From Vulcanisaeta sp. (GTDB taxonomy: Archaea > Thermoproteota > Thermoprotei > Thermoproteales > Thermocladiaceae), in the NCBI GenBank assembly GCA_023256215.1, contig JAGDXB010000121.1:896-64895 (forward strand): a stretch of DNA of 64,000 nt, written 5' to 3'. Of this stretch, positions 48,625 to 59,324 are shown piece after piece; positions within the stretch are counted from its first letter, which is position 1, and each line of letters opens with the position of its first letter. The position numbers were made by a program, and so were the translations under genes. Below the pieces are notes generated by a model, which had not been told where the DNA came from, did no database searches, and worked only from the letters and a program-made list of their open reading frames with translations.

Positions 48625-50295
48625 ATGAGTAGTGTGGATAAGGTTAAGGAGAAGTACGATGAGTGGGTTAGAGAGTTCCTAATACCGACCCTTAGGAAGG
48701 TTCCTGAGTGGAGGAAGTTCGTATCATCATTTGGTACCGAGATTAAACCGCTCTATACGCCACTTGATCTTAAAGGTGATTATCTAGAAAAGTTGGGTTT
48801 TCCTGGTGAGTACCCGTTTACGAGGGGTATATACCCGACGATGTATAGGTCAAGGCTATGGACGTTTAGGGAGTATTCGGGCTTTGGTTCCCCTGAGGAC
48901 ACGAATAAGAGGTATAAGTTCCTAATATCGCAGGGGCAGACGGGGCTTAGTGTCGCCTTTGATCTACCTACACAACTTGGTCTTGATCCTGATCATGAGC
49001 TTGCCTATCCGGAGGTTGGTAAGGTTGGCGTATCAATTCCTGAGGTTGTTTCTATGGGCATTTTATTTGATGGCATTGATATTGGTAAAATAACCACTTC
49101 ATTCACGATAAATGCTACGGCAGCCGAGATACTATCCATGTACATAGCGGTGGCCGAGAGTAGGGGCATTAGTAAGGCTGCGCTTGATGGTACGATACAA
49201 AATGACATACTGAAGGAGTTCATAGCAAGGAACCTATACATATACCCACCACTCCACTCAATGAGGTACGCGGTCGACATAATAGCGTATACGGCGAAGA
49301 ACATGCCGAAATGGCATCCAATAAGCATAAGTGGTTATCACTTTAGGGAGGCTGGCGCCACAGCGGTTCAGGAAGTTGCATTCACATTGGCTGACGCCAT
49401 TGAGTATACGAACTGGGTGATAAATAGATGGAAAATGAATGTTGATGATTTCGCCCCTGGATTATCCTTCTTCTTTGCTGCCACGACTAACTTATTTGAA
49501 GAGATCGCTAAGTTTAGGGCTGCACGTAGATTATATGCAAAGATAATGAAGGAGAGATTTGGTGCTAAAAAGCTTGAGTCCATGAAGATGAAGTTTCACG
49601 TGCAGACATCGGGGGCTGCATTAACGGCTCAGCAGCCCGAGGTTAATCTTATAAGGACTACAATACAGGCGTTGGCGGCCGTGCTTGGTGGTGCTCAGTC
49701 ATTGCATGTTAATGCTTATGACGAAGCCCTGGCCCTGCCCACAGAGAGATCCGTCAAGTTGGCGCTTAGGGTTCAGCAGGTAATTGCCTATGAGAGTGGT
49801 GTTGTTGATTCCATAGACCCATTGGGTGGTTCGTACTATATTGAGTGGCTTACGGATACCATTGAGGAGGAGGTTATGAAGATAATCGATTATGTGGACA
49901 AGCTTGGTGGAATGACGAAGGCTGTTGAGATAGGGTATCCGCAGAGGGCCATTGCCGAGTCTGCGTATCAGTACCAGAAGATGGTTGAGGAGGGTAAGAT
50001 TGCGGTAATTGGTGTTAATATGTTTAGGGAGGAAGAGGAGCTTCACATAGAGCTTCATAAGGTTGACCCAGTATCCAGGGAAAGGAGTATTAGGAGGATT
50101 AGGGAAGTTAGGGAGAATCGTGATAAGGAGGCTTGGGGAAGAGCGCTTGATGAGCTTAGGAGGGCTGCGGATAAGGAGGATGAGAATATATTCCCATACA
50201 TTCTAAATGCTGTTAAGGCTAGGGCGACCATTGGTGAAATATCTGGGACTCTTCGCGAGGTTTGGGGTGAGTATAAACCGCCGTCTATCTTCTAA
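48625..50295 (+). CDS. mcmA: Methylmalonyl-CoA mutase, large (substrate-binding) subunit
   Basis: PG.YPFTRG.YPTMY, GLSVAFDLPTQ, GTIQNDILKE, DEAL.LP, DPLGGSY. Confidence 0.96.
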   Translation: MSSVDKVKEKYDEWVREFLIPTLRKVPEWRKFVSSFGTEIKPLYTPLDLKGDYLEKLGFPGEYPFTRGIYPTMYRSRLWTFREYSGFGSPEDTNKRYKFLISQGQTGLSVAFDLPTQLGLDPDHELAYPEVGKVGVSIPEVVSMGILFDGIDIGKITTSFTINATAAEILSMYIAVAESRGISKAALDGTIQNDILKEFIARNLYIYPPLHSMRYAVDIIAYTAKNMPKWHPISISGYHFREAGATAVQEVAFTLADAIEYTNWVINRWKMNVDDFAPGLSFFFAATTNLFEEIAKFRAARRLYAKIMKERFGAKKLESMKMKFHVQTSGAALTAQQPEVNLIRTTIQALAAVLGGAQSLHVNAYDEALALPTERSVKLALRVQQVIAYESGVVDSIDPLGGSYYIEWLTDTIEEEVMKIIDYVDKLGGMTKAVEIGYPQRAIAESAYQYQKMVEEGKIAVIGVNMFREEEELHIELHKVDPVSRERSIRRIREVRENRDKEAWGRALDELRRAADKEDENIFPYILNAVKARATIGEISGTLREVWGEYKPPSIF

Positions 50296-50363
50296 ACTGG
50301 GTGCTTTTGCTATTTAACATTAATGGAAAGATTTATAGGTAATAGTACGTATTAGCAAGGTGC

Positions 50364-50756
50364 ATGCCGAGGCCCAAGGTTATTATTGCCAAGCTTGGTC
50401 TTGATGGTCATGATAGAGGAGCTAAGGTCATCGCAAGGGCATTGGCTGAGGCTGGCTTTGAGGTCGTGTATACCGGCATTAGGCAGACCCCAAGCCAGGT
50501 TGTTGAGACGGCGATACAGGAAGACGCTAAGTTAATAGGCATTAGTATATTGTCTGGTTCTCACCTCGAACTTGTGGGTGAGTTAATGAGAATTATGAAG
50601 GAGAGAGGTCTCAACATACCCGTGCTTGTTGGTGGCATAATACCGCCAGAGGATAGGGATGCCCTACTTAAGATGGGTGTTGCTGGTGTTTATGGCCCAG
50701 GTACACCACTTCGTGAAATTATAGATATCGTTAAGAAATTGACGGGTGTCTCATGA
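50364..50756 (+). CDS. mcmB: Methylmalonyl-CoA mutase cobalamin-binding small subunit
   Basis: K.GLDGHDRG (DxHxxG), S.LSG.H, GGIIP. Confidence 0.95.
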   Translation: MPRPKVIIAKLGLDGHDRGAKVIARALAEAGFEVVYTGIRQTPSQVVETAIQEDAKLIGISILSGSHLELVGELMRIMKERGLNIPVLVGGIIPPEDRDALLKMGVAGVYGPGTPLREIIDIVKKLTGVS

Positions 50757-52057
50757 TGAACATTAATGAGCTACTTGAAAGGGCCAGGAATTGGGACAAA
50801 CTGGCTATTGCGAAGTTAATAACAATGGCCGAAGAAGGTGTTGAATTACCAATACAGGTTGTCCGTAGAAGCCACGTAATTGGAATAACGGGACCTCCAG
50901 GTTCTGGTAAGAGTACGCTTATTTATACGATGGCTAGGAAGATACCTCAGGATAGGAAGGTCGCGATTCTAACTATCGACCCATCAAGCCCATTCACGGG
51001 CGGCTCATTCATGGGTAATAGGATAAGGATGCAGGAACTAACGTCTAGGTCGAACATATACATAAGGAGCATGGCTACTAGGGGTATTCGCGGCGGATTA
51101 AACTATGCCACAATAGCTGCGATAAACATACTTGAGTACGCCGGTGCTGATTACATATTTTTAGAGACGGTAGGCGCCGGTCAATCTGATACTGATGTTA
51201 AGTACGTGGCCGATACAATACTCGTATTAGTACCGCCATTGTCTGGGGATGAAATCCAGGCACTTAAGAGTGGGCTTATGGAGATTGGAGACATATACGT
51301 TGTGTCTAAATCCGATAACCAGGCATCGGAATCAACGTATAGGGATTTGATGGCAATGGTTGATATGATGAAGGAAATAAAGGGTGATGAATGGAGACCT
51401 GTGGTTCTTAAGGTGTCTGGGCTTTATGGGTATGGCGTTGATGAGTTGTTAAGGGTTATTGATGGGAGGTTTATGGAGTTGATGAAGAGTGGTAAGTTAG
51501 ATAGCGCATTGGTGGGCAGGAGAGTTCTTGAAATGAGACTTTACGCATATGACCTTCTTGAGAAGGGCCTTAATGAGATGAAGGACTTGGAGAGGGACGT
51601 GGCAAGTGGAAAGTTATCTCCACAGGATGCTGCTAGGAGGTTGTTTAGTTTCAGTAAGCCAAGGCTTGACCATGTGGCGGTAGCTGTTAAAAACATTGAT
51701 GATGCTGCTAGGAAATTTAAAGACCTTGGCTTCAGGGTTAGTGATCCAATTATTGTTGAGGAGCAGGGTGTTAAGGTGGTCATGGTTTATCTCGGCAATA
51801 CTAAGATTGAGCTTTTGGAACCGCTTGGACCTGAGACTACTGTGGCTAAATTTATCGAGAAGAGGGGTGAGGGTATTCACCATATTGCCCTTGAGGTTGG
51901 CAATATTAATGAATTTATTGAGAAGGTTAAGGGTGCTGGCTTAACAATCACTGGCGAGCCGAGTAGGGGTGCTGAGGGTATTGTGACGTTTATACATCCA
52001 AAGAGCCTCAACGGTGTCCTCCTTGAGTTAGTACAGCATTTATCTCTCAATGAGTGA
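50753..52057 (+). CDS. meaB: MeaB/ArgK GTPase fused to methylmalonyl-CoA epimerase (VOC)
   Basis: [27 protein letters not shown], then DHVAVAV...IELLEP...GEGIHHIAL...[13 protein letters not shown] in one frame. Confidence 0.9.
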   Translation: MMNINELLERARNWDKLAIAKLITMAEEGVELPIQVVRRSHVIGITGPPGSGKSTLIYTMARKIPQDRKVAILTIDPSSPFTGGSFMGNRIRMQELTSRSNIYIRSMATRGIRGGLNYATIAAINILEYAGADYIFLETVGAGQSDTDVKYVADTILVLVPPLSGDEIQALKSGLMEIGDIYVVSKSDNQASESTYRDLMAMVDMMKEIKGDEWRPVVLKVSGLYGYGVDELLRVIDGRFMELMKSGKLDSALVGRRVLEMRLYAYDLLEKGLNEMKDLERDVASGKLSPQDAARRLFSFSKPRLDHVAVAVKNIDDAARKFKDLGFRVSDPIIVEEQGVKVVMVYLGNTKIELLEPLGPETTVAKFIEKRGEGIHHIALEVGNINEFIEKVKGAGLTITGEPSRGAEGIVTFIHPKSLNGVLLELVQHLSLNE

Positions 52058-52092
52058 TCTTTAAATAAGTCTAGATTCAGGGCTTCAATTGC

Positions 52093-53871
52093 GTGAAAAG
52101 CAGATCGTTTGAGCATGGATACACATTAGTGTTTAGAGGCGGAGGCTCGACAAAGTACCTCTTGCTACTCATGGTGATAATAATTCCCTATGTAATGAGT
52201 CTCTACACAGGTGAGCCGATTATCATGTATTTAAAGTCTCTCATAATTTACGGTCTTGTGTTCCTGGCAGTACTCCTAACCCTTAGAGCCATAGTTTTTG
52301 TTCAGTATTACAGGGGTTTTGGCATTACGTTATCCCTGTTCGATACAGCACTCGTTGTATTCATGGACCTATTAATAACCCTGTTCACGCATAAATTCAT
52401 AGTTGGATTTGGCGTACTATCCCTAGTCCTTCCACTGAGTGCTATGATGATGGCCCTTAAGGGTCTAGAACATAATGGTAACTCCATGAAGAAGTACATT
52501 GTGTACCCACTATACACGTTACCCAGCATCTTAATAATACAGGTTATATCATACATACTAATAGGCACAATAAATATCACCAGGTATTTAGCCCTGGACT
52601 CTGTATTTTACGCATTCTCATTCCTCTTCATTTATTATGTCATATTTAAGTTCGAAACGTCATATGGCGGCATAGACATTCTTAAGTTATTCAGCTCGTA
52701 CCTATACGCAGCTCTTTTTGAGTATTCCGAACCCTTTGAACGTGAACTAAGCAGGAAGGCAATGATTAGGGATGCTAAGGTGCACCTCTTTATGTTAAAT
52801 GATGGTAAATCCATAAGCGTGGTCACAATACCCGAGCTACATGCCGGCCCAATAGCTAAGGTTGGCGGTGGTTACTTAATAAGTGATATGGTGAGTGAGC
52901 TTAGTCGCTATATCAAGAGTATTGTTTATTTACATGGTATTGGTAGTCACGAGTTGGATCCTGCCACGAGGGTTGATGTACGTAGGGTAGTTAGGGCGGT
53001 GGCTGCTAAAGTTAGGGAGGCGCTTCATGATAGTTATGATGGCAGTGAATGTGTTGGTAGACCGCCAATACAGATACAGAGTAGGAATTTTAGGGTAACT
53101 CACGTACCTCTATGTAATAAATCCTTGATAATAATTAGTAGGTTAGTTAAGTCAAGCGATGATATACCACTCAACGTGTATGAGGAGCTTAAGAGGAGGA
53201 TTAGGCTTGATTGGGATGATATGATACTGATTGATGCACAGAATTACTATGCAAATGACAATACATGGGATGAGAATGATATCGCCGAACTCTCATCAAT
53301 ATTAGGCAAGATTGGAGAATTAGAGAACCAGGAGCTTAAGATAAAGACCTGCATAGCTCATGTGCCTAAGCATGCCTTTGGTCCTATACAATTCGAGATT
53401 GGCGATAACGGGTTAGTAACGTGGGGTCTAGAAATCAATAACAAGCGCGTCTTGTTGGTAGTATTTGACGGTAATAACTTAAGGAGGGAATTGGCCGACG
53501 CTATAATCGATGAGTTTAGGGGTTATTTCGATATCGTTGAAGTCATGACTACGGATAATCACCAATACACAGGTATGGCTAGGTTTACAAGGAGCAGAGG
53601 CTATAAGATCATCGGTGACTCCATAAGCCATGACTTAATAATGAAGAATGTGAGGAAGAGTGTTAAGCAGTGCATTGATAATATGAGACCTACGCAAATT
53701 AGGTATTACCCTCTCATCATTAATGGTATTAGGGTTGTTGGTGATTCATTCAATGACATGGTTAAGGCAGCCGAGAGGGGTGTCACTGATTGGAAGAAGC
53801 ACTTCATGGTATTGATCGTGTTGCCTATCTTGACGATGATCGGGCTTGGCATTATTTTCGGCATTCTCTAA
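52093..53871 (+). CDS. DUF2070-family membrane protein
   Basis: N-terminal TMs; H.GP...GG, HG..SHELD, IDA.N, DGNN, TTD.H. Confidence 0.8.
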   Translation: MKSRSFEHGYTLVFRGGGSTKYLLLLMVIIIPYVMSLYTGEPIIMYLKSLIIYGLVFLAVLLTLRAIVFVQYYRGFGITLSLFDTALVVFMDLLITLFTHKFIVGFGVLSLVLPLSAMMMALKGLEHNGNSMKKYIVYPLYTLPSILIIQVISYILIGTINITRYLALDSVFYAFSFLFIYYVIFKFETSYGGIDILKLFSSYLYAALFEYSEPFERELSRKAMIRDAKVHLFMLNDGKSISVVTIPELHAGPIAKVGGGYLISDMVSELSRYIKSIVYLHGIGSHELDPATRVDVRRVVRAVAAKVREALHDSYDGSECVGRPPIQIQSRNFRVTHVPLCNKSLIIISRLVKSSDDIPLNVYEELKRRIRLDWDDMILIDAQNYYANDNTWDENDIAELSSILGKIGELENQELKIKTCIAHVPKHAFGPIQFEIGDNGLVTWGLEINNKRVLLVVFDGNNLRRELADAIIDEFRGYFDIVEVMTTDNHQYTGMARFTRSRGYKIIGDSISHDLIMKNVRKSVKQCIDNMRPTQIRYYPLIINGIRVVGDSFNDMVKAAERGVTDWKKHFMVLIVLPILTMIGLGIIFGIL

Positions 53872-53931
53872 ATATTTTAATAGATACAAAAGGTTTAATA
53901 GAGAGGTGTACGGGTTTAATCAGGAGAGGAT

Positions 53932-54399
53932 ATGGGTTCTGAGGATCTAAAAAGGCAGGCTATTAGGGCTCACATAGCTGGACTAATAACGAGACTAGAG
54001 AATTGGGTTAAGGATCAGAGGAGGTTTATGGATGAGTTGCAGAAGTATGGTGATTACATAGTTAGCCAGGACAGATTATCACTACTTTTATCAGCACAGG
54101 CGATGCTTTACTACATAGAGAGGACACTTAAGGACTTCGAGTCCTGGCTGAACAACCCAATGATAACGTCAATAATGCCTGTGGACATGCTTAAGGAGCT
54201 TGAGGAGAGACTTAGGGACATAGCAATAGAGTTCGTTAAGCTGGATATAGACCACACAAGCAGGTATGTGGATATACTGAAGAAGATGGAGAATGAGAAT
54301 GAAATACCAGACATACTAAAGCTCTACATTGAGCAGAGAGGAATTGCACCACAGAGAGGTCAGCAGGGAGAACAGGGCGAAGTACCTAGGTTTATGTAG
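53932..54399 (+). CDS. DUF2153-family protein
   Basis: WVK.Q; DRL.L; RTLK.F..WL.NP; P.DML; D..HTS. Confidence 0.75.
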   Translation: MGSEDLKRQAIRAHIAGLITRLENWVKDQRRFMDELQKYGDYIVSQDRLSLLLSAQAMLYYIERTLKDFESWLNNPMITSIMPVDMLKELEERLRDIAIEFVKLDIDHTSRYVDILKKMENENEIPDILKLYIEQRGIAPQRGQQGEQGEVPRFM

Positions 54400-54422
54400 G
54401 AGTTCTAAAAACATTATAATTT

Positions 54423-54791
54423 TTATTTTGCACCGATTTCATTAAGGTAATTCCTTATTATTTGAATTGCGTCCTTACCAAACATCCTTATTATCAAGTC
54501 GATATGCTCCTTAATAATATCGCTCTTGACCTCATACGGTATTGAAAGCTCATAGACATACTGCCTGACATTATTAATAACCTTCTCACGCTTATTAATG
54601 AAGCCCCTCGTATATAACCTACTGAGTACTGTTAATACCGTAGTATACGCAGTCTTCCTACCCCTCTTGGTCAACTCCTCCCATATCGTCATTGCAGTAG
54701 CCTCCTTAAGCTCATTAAGTATACCAATTACTTCAGCCTCAAGTGGTCCAATCATCAAGAGAAGTCTCTTCTTACGCTCGTTTTGCTCCAT
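54423..54791 (-). CDS. BlaI/MecI/CopY-family transcriptional regulator
   Basis: GPLEAEV; AYTTVLTVLSRL..RG. Confidence 0.88.
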   Translation of the reverse strand: MEQNERKKRLLLMIGPLEAEVIGILNELKEATAMTIWEELTKRGRKTAYTTVLTVLSRLYTRGFINKREKVINNVRQYVYELSIPYEVKSDIIKEHIDLIIRMFGKDAIQIIRNYLNEIGAK

Positions 54792-54835
54792 TATATGGGT
54801 TTACGCGCGTAGTTTTATAAACCTAACACACGCGC

Positions 54836-55681
54836 CTAACCCTTACTAACCTTAATATCTAGCCTAACCTTATACACATATGGAGCATAGTCCCTAACAA
54901 TTCTCTTATTAATAATAAGACAACTAAACCCCAATTCACCACAATAATTCATGGTTATTCTTTCGGCATCACCAAAGGGATCCTCCTCAACACCCAGATG
55001 GTAGAAATGCACGATTCCTCCATCCCTAACGCAGGTCAAGGCTTGCTTCAGGAATTTATGGGCACCCAGTGGTAGCGTTAATATAACCCTATCAACACCA
55101 TGTACTATACTCATGAACTCCGCAGCGTCACCAAGCCAAGGCAGAACCTTACCCTCAAGCTTATTTAACTTAATATTATCGAGCATGTAGTAGTAAGCGT
55201 TCTCATTAAGCTCGATAGCAATCACCAGCTTAACCAAAGGCTGCCTCTTTACAATGGCTACGGCATAAGGACCAACACCAGCAAACGGATACATAATGAT
55301 TTCGCCAGGCATTACCTGCCTAGCAATATCCTCCCTATCACCTTGATCCCTAGGTGAGAAGTAGGCCTTCGTTGGGTCAACCTTAATCACATAGTTATCC
55401 TCCTTATGCAAAACCTCGGTAGGCCCGGGGACTAAAACCTCGTACCTATACAGCCTAAACTCACCCTCTCTAGCACCAACTCTCCTAAGCACTGCCTTAA
55501 CATGCCTATTTAGTTTAATTACGGCCTCACCAATAGCGTATTTATAGTCCTCAAGCTCAGGCGGTATCTCTATTATTGCCACAGCACCCGACCTAGAGCC
55601 AATTATATCGAAGCTCCTCGGTATCTTATCCCAAAGCTCCCTAGGTACCAGTGGTTTTATTAAATCCTTGAGTGTCGGCAC
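54836..55681 (-). CDS. Trm5/Taw2 (Met-10+) family SAM-dependent tRNA-modifying enzyme
   Basis: SFDIIG..AIIE, GEFR, YFSPR, FAGVGPY, ELN..AY...NI.LN. Confidence 0.85.
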   Translation of the reverse strand: MPTLKDLIKPLVPRELWDKIPRSFDIIGSRSGAVAIIEIPPELEDYKYAIGEAVIKLNRHVKAVLRRVGAREGEFRLYRYEVLVPGPTEVLHKEDNYVIKVDPTKAYFSPRDQGDREDIARQVMPGEIIMYPFAGVGPYAVAIVKRQPLVKLVIAIELNENAYYYMLDNIKLNKLEGKVLPWLGDAAEFMSIVHGVDRVILTLPLGAHKFLKQALTCVRDGGIVHFYHLGVEEDPFGDAERITMNYCGELGFSCLIINKRIVRDYAPYVYKVRLDIKVSKG

Positions 55682-55770
55682 TATCGCCCATATAAATTGT
55701 CTCTAGGTTTAAAATGATTTCGTGCATTCGTGTAGAATAAAAATTAATAAACTTTGTAAAACTCTGCAAA

Positions 55771-57204
55771 ATGATGAGTAAGATCATAGAGTCTGTACCG
55801 GGTATTGTTTCGTACAGTACGGTTAGGGAGGTTAAAGGACCATTGATAGTAATCGAGAAGACTAGGGGTGTTGCGTATAATGAGATCGGTGAGGTTATAG
55901 GCCCGGATGGCGAACCCAGGATGGTTCAGGTAGTCGAGGTTGGTAGTGATTATGCAGTAGCCCAGGTACTGACCGGTACATTGGGTTTACCTGCTAAGGG
56001 AAGTACCGTAAGGTTCTACGGTAGGACCCTAAGGATACCGGTATCTGAAGACTTATTGGGTAGGGTGCTTGATGGCAAGGGGCAGCCCAGGGATGGCATG
56101 TCTCTTCCACCGGCTGAGGAGTATCTCGATATTAATGGCGAGCCTCTGAATCCATATGCCAGGGAATACCCTGAGGAGCCCATTGAGACTGGTGTTAGTG
56201 TTATTGATGGGTTAAACACGATGGTTAGGGGCCAGAAGCTGCCAATATTTAGTGGCACTGGTCTTCCGCACAACATGCTCGCGGCGCAGGTGGCTAGGCA
56301 AGCTACGGTTAGGGGTCACGAGGAAGAGTTCGCAATAATATTCGCGGCCATGGGCCTCAAGTCAGAGGAGGCCCTATTCTTCCTAAACGAGTTTAGGAGG
56401 ACTGGTGCATTGAGGAGGCTTGTTATGGTGCTGAACCTAGCGAATGATCCAATCGCAGAGAGGATTTTGACGCCTAGGACTGCATTAACGATAGCCGAGT
56501 ACCTAGCCTGGTACAGGGACTACCATGTCTTGGTTATTTTGACAGACATGACTAACTATGCCGAGGCCCTTAGGGAGTTATCATCATCTAAGGGTGAGTT
56601 ACCAGGTAGGCGTGGCTATCCAGGCTATATGTATACTGACTTTGCAACAATATACGAGAGGACAGGCAGGGCCAAGGGTAAGAAGGGTAGTATTACGCAG
56701 TTTCCAATACTCACGATGCCTCATGACGACATAACACACCCAATACCAGATCTCACGGGCTACATAACTGAGGGGCAGCTAGTCCTTAGCAGGACATTGT
56801 GGGGCAAGGGCATTTACCCACCGTTCGATGTCATAATGAGCCTATCAAGGCTCATGAAGGACGCCGTTGGTGAAGGTAAGACCAGGGATGACCATAAGTA
56901 CGTGGCTAACCAACTGATCGCCGCATACTCAAGGGCTTTAGACGTTAGAAACTTAGCACTACTTGTTGGTGAGACTAATCTCAGTTGGCGTGAGAGGAGG
57001 TATCTAAGGTTCGCTGAACAGTTCGAGCGTAAGTTCATAGCCCAAGGATACTATGAGAGAAGAACCTTCGAGCAGACACTTGATATTGCTTGGGATGTTA
57101 TTAGTATATTACCTGAAGATGAACTAACGAATGTACCGCCAGATATTTCTAAGAGGTACTATAGGCGCTCAATATTTGAGTCCATAAAGGATGTGGGAGC
57201 GTAA
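55771..57204 (+). CDS. atpB: A/V-type ATP synthase subunit B
   Basis: [51 protein letters not shown]. Confidence 0.97.
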   Translation: MMSKIIESVPGIVSYSTVREVKGPLIVIEKTRGVAYNEIGEVIGPDGEPRMVQVVEVGSDYAVAQVLTGTLGLPAKGSTVRFYGRTLRIPVSEDLLGRVLDGKGQPRDGMSLPPAEEYLDINGEPLNPYAREYPEEPIETGVSVIDGLNTMVRGQKLPIFSGTGLPHNMLAAQVARQATVRGHEEEFAIIFAAMGLKSEEALFFLNEFRRTGALRRLVMVLNLANDPIAERILTPRTALTIAEYLAWYRDYHVLVILTDMTNYAEALRELSSSKGELPGRRGYPGYMYTDFATIYERTGRAKGKKGSITQFPILTMPHDDITHPIPDLTGYITEGQLVLSRTLWGKGIYPPFDVIMSLSRLMKDAVGEGKTRDDHKYVANQLIAAYSRALDVRNLALLVGETNLSWRERRYLRFAEQFERKFIAQGYYERRTFEQTLDIAWDVISILPEDELTNVPPDISKRYYRRSIFESIKDVGA

Positions 57205-57302
57205 ATTTGTACTTTGTAAATATTGTTAAGGGTTTCGTACGTAAACACTTACAGAGTTCACGGTAGAGAATCTTAATAAATCCTGTAATTATCTAATTCT
57301 CC

Positions 57303-57515
57303 ATGCCAAAGACCAAGGCGAAGGAGAAAATGGTATTGATAAGCGTGCACATACCCAAGCAAATGCTTGAGGAGTTGGATGAGTTCGTGAAGAGGGGCAT
57401 ATTCCCGAGCAGGAGTGAGGCAATTAGGATAGCAATTAGGGACCTTCTTTATAGGGAGAACTCGAGAAGCAAGACACAAAATGTCGAAGACCTAATACTA
57501 TTACCAGGTAGATAG
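57303..57515 (+). CDS. Ribbon-helix-helix regulator (CopG/CdrS-like)
   Basis: LISVHIP..ML.ELD..V..G.FPSRSEAIR.AIRDLL. Confidence 0.9.
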   Translation: MPKTKAKEKMVLISVHIPKQMLEELDEFVKRGIFPSRSEAIRIAIRDLLYRENSRSKTQNVEDLILLPGR

Positions 57516-57555
57516 GTTATATAGTGTGTATTTATGGTCTCGATAAAAATAAAAG

Positions 57556-57571
57556 AATTGATCGATCAATT
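57556..57571. repeat. Perfect 16-bp palindrome AATTGATCGATCAATT
   Basis: Read directly; flanked by AAAAG and CTTTT, followed by a very AT-rich tract. Confidence 0.75.
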
Positions 57572-57686
57572 ACTTCTTTTAAAATAATTTTATATAAGCA
57601 TTTATAACTATTTATATACTATATAGCTATTACCACATAATCAATGGCAATAATATTATTTACCTGAAGTTAATACCACTATTACT

Positions 57687-58268
57687 GTGAGGAGGATAGT
57701 TGTTGCAATAACGGGGGCCAGTGGTGTAATTTACGGGATCAGATTTTTAGAAATGATTAGGAGGTATGCCAAGGACTCCGAGGTTCATCTGATTATTAGT
57801 AATACGGCAATTAAAATAGCGAAGCACGAAACAGGTTATGATAAAGAACATATAATAAGGTTGGCCGATAGGTCATATGACGAAAAGGACCTAGAGGCGC
57901 CAATAGCCAGTGGCTCCTTTAAGCATGATGGTATGGTGATAATACCATGCTCTATGAAAACACTTGCCTCGATAGCCCATGGAATAACGGACAACCTAAT
58001 CACTAGGGCTGCCGACGTGACTCTTAAGGAGAGGAGAAAGTTGATACTGGTAATTAGGGAGACGCCGCTTAATTTGATTCATATAAAGAATATGGAATTG
58101 GCTACACTGGCCGGCGCAATTGTAATGCCTGCCGCACCAGCCTTTTACAATAAGCCGAGGAATATTGATGATATGGTGAATTTCATTGTTGGTAGGGTGC
58201 TTGATCTATTGGGTATTGAGAATGACCTTTACAGGAGATGGAGTGGTTATTCTGAGGAAACGGCATAA
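57687..58268 (+). CDS. ubiX: Flavin prenyltransferase UbiX
   Basis: TGASG, ASGS, PCSMKT, RAADV.LKE, RETP, PAFY. Confidence 0.95.
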   Translation: MRRIVVAITGASGVIYGIRFLEMIRRYAKDSEVHLIISNTAIKIAKHETGYDKEHIIRLADRSYDEKDLEAPIASGSFKHDGMVIIPCSMKTLASIAHGITDNLITRAADVTLKERRKLILVIRETPLNLIHIKNMELATLAGAIVMPAAPAFYNKPRNIDDMVNFIVGRVLDLLGIENDLYRRWSGYSEETA

Positions 58269-58307
58269 CAATTTAAGGGGTATAGGCAAGGCAATTATTG
58301 CTAGATT

Positions 58308-59324
58308 ATGGAAGTACCAATGTGTACGAGGTGCGGTAAGAGACCTGCCAACTACTACAGGGAATCGAGTGGTGAGAAGCTGTGCTTAGGCTGCTTGTTT
58401 AGGTCTATTGAGGATACGGTACTTTGGACGATTAGAAGATATAGGTTGATTAATGATGGTGATAGGGTTGGTATAGCAATTAGTGGTGGTAAGGATAGCC
58501 TAACGCTCATGTACTTATTAGGTAAGTTTAGGAGGCAGGGTAAAATACCCAGGAGTGTAGAGTTTATTGCCTTTAGTATCAATGAGGGTCATCCGTACAG
58601 TTGCTTCTATAGGATGTCCAGGGGCGATTATGTTCAGAAACTAAGTGAGGAGTTTAATATACCATACAAAATATACACATTTAAGGAGCTTTTCGGTGTT
58701 ACGGCAACCGACATAGCCCATGAGTTATGGTCCAGGGGTATTAACATACATATGTGCACCATAGATGGTGTACTGAGGCGTAGGGCTATGAATATAATTG
58801 GTCGTCAACTAGGGCTCACTAAAATAGCCACTGGGCATAATCTTGACGATGAGGCTCAGACCGTTCTTCTTAATGTGTTTAGTAATGATTTGGATAGGTT
58901 TTCGTGGTTTGGACCAACACCTGAGGTTGATAGGGAGGGCTTTATACCGAGGATCAAACCATTACGCTTTGTTAGGGAGGAGGAGATAGCGATCTATGCC
59001 TATTATCATGGAATACCGCTTATGGAACTTGAGTGTCCCTTCGTGTATAATAATCCTAGGTATGAGTTAAAGTTCACACTGGCTCGTTGGGAGAGGGATA
59101 ATCCAAATATTAAGCATTCCCTTGTTTCGTTTGGTGATTCCCTAGGGAAAATAATGGCCGAGAGAGCCGTCAATGTTTCATTAAGGAGATGTAAGTACTG
59201 TGGTGAGCCCACATCGAAGGATGTATGTAGGGTATGCGAACTGATGAGTAGGGCAGGTTTATTGGAGAGGTATTTATCTCATTTGAGGACCTTAAAACTA
59301 ATAGATACGCAATCACCATCGTAG
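58308..59324 (+). CDS. tRNA 2-thiolation enzyme (NcsA/TtuA/Ncs6; TIGR00269 family)
   Basis: Terminal Zn fingers, SGGKDS PP-loop, TGHNLDD, CP motif. Confidence 0.9.
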   Translation: MEVPMCTRCGKRPANYYRESSGEKLCLGCLFRSIEDTVLWTIRRYRLINDGDRVGIAISGGKDSLTLMYLLGKFRRQGKIPRSVEFIAFSINEGHPYSCFYRMSRGDYVQKLSEEFNIPYKIYTFKELFGVTATDIAHELWSRGINIHMCTIDGVLRRRAMNIIGRQLGLTKIATGHNLDDEAQTVLLNVFSNDLDRFSWFGPTPEVDREGFIPRIKPLRFVREEEIAIYAYYHGIPLMELECPFVYNNPRYELKFTLARWERDNPNIKHSLVSFGDSLGKIMAERAVNVSLRRCKYCGEPTSKDVCRVCELMSRAGLLERYLSHLRTLKLIDTQSPS

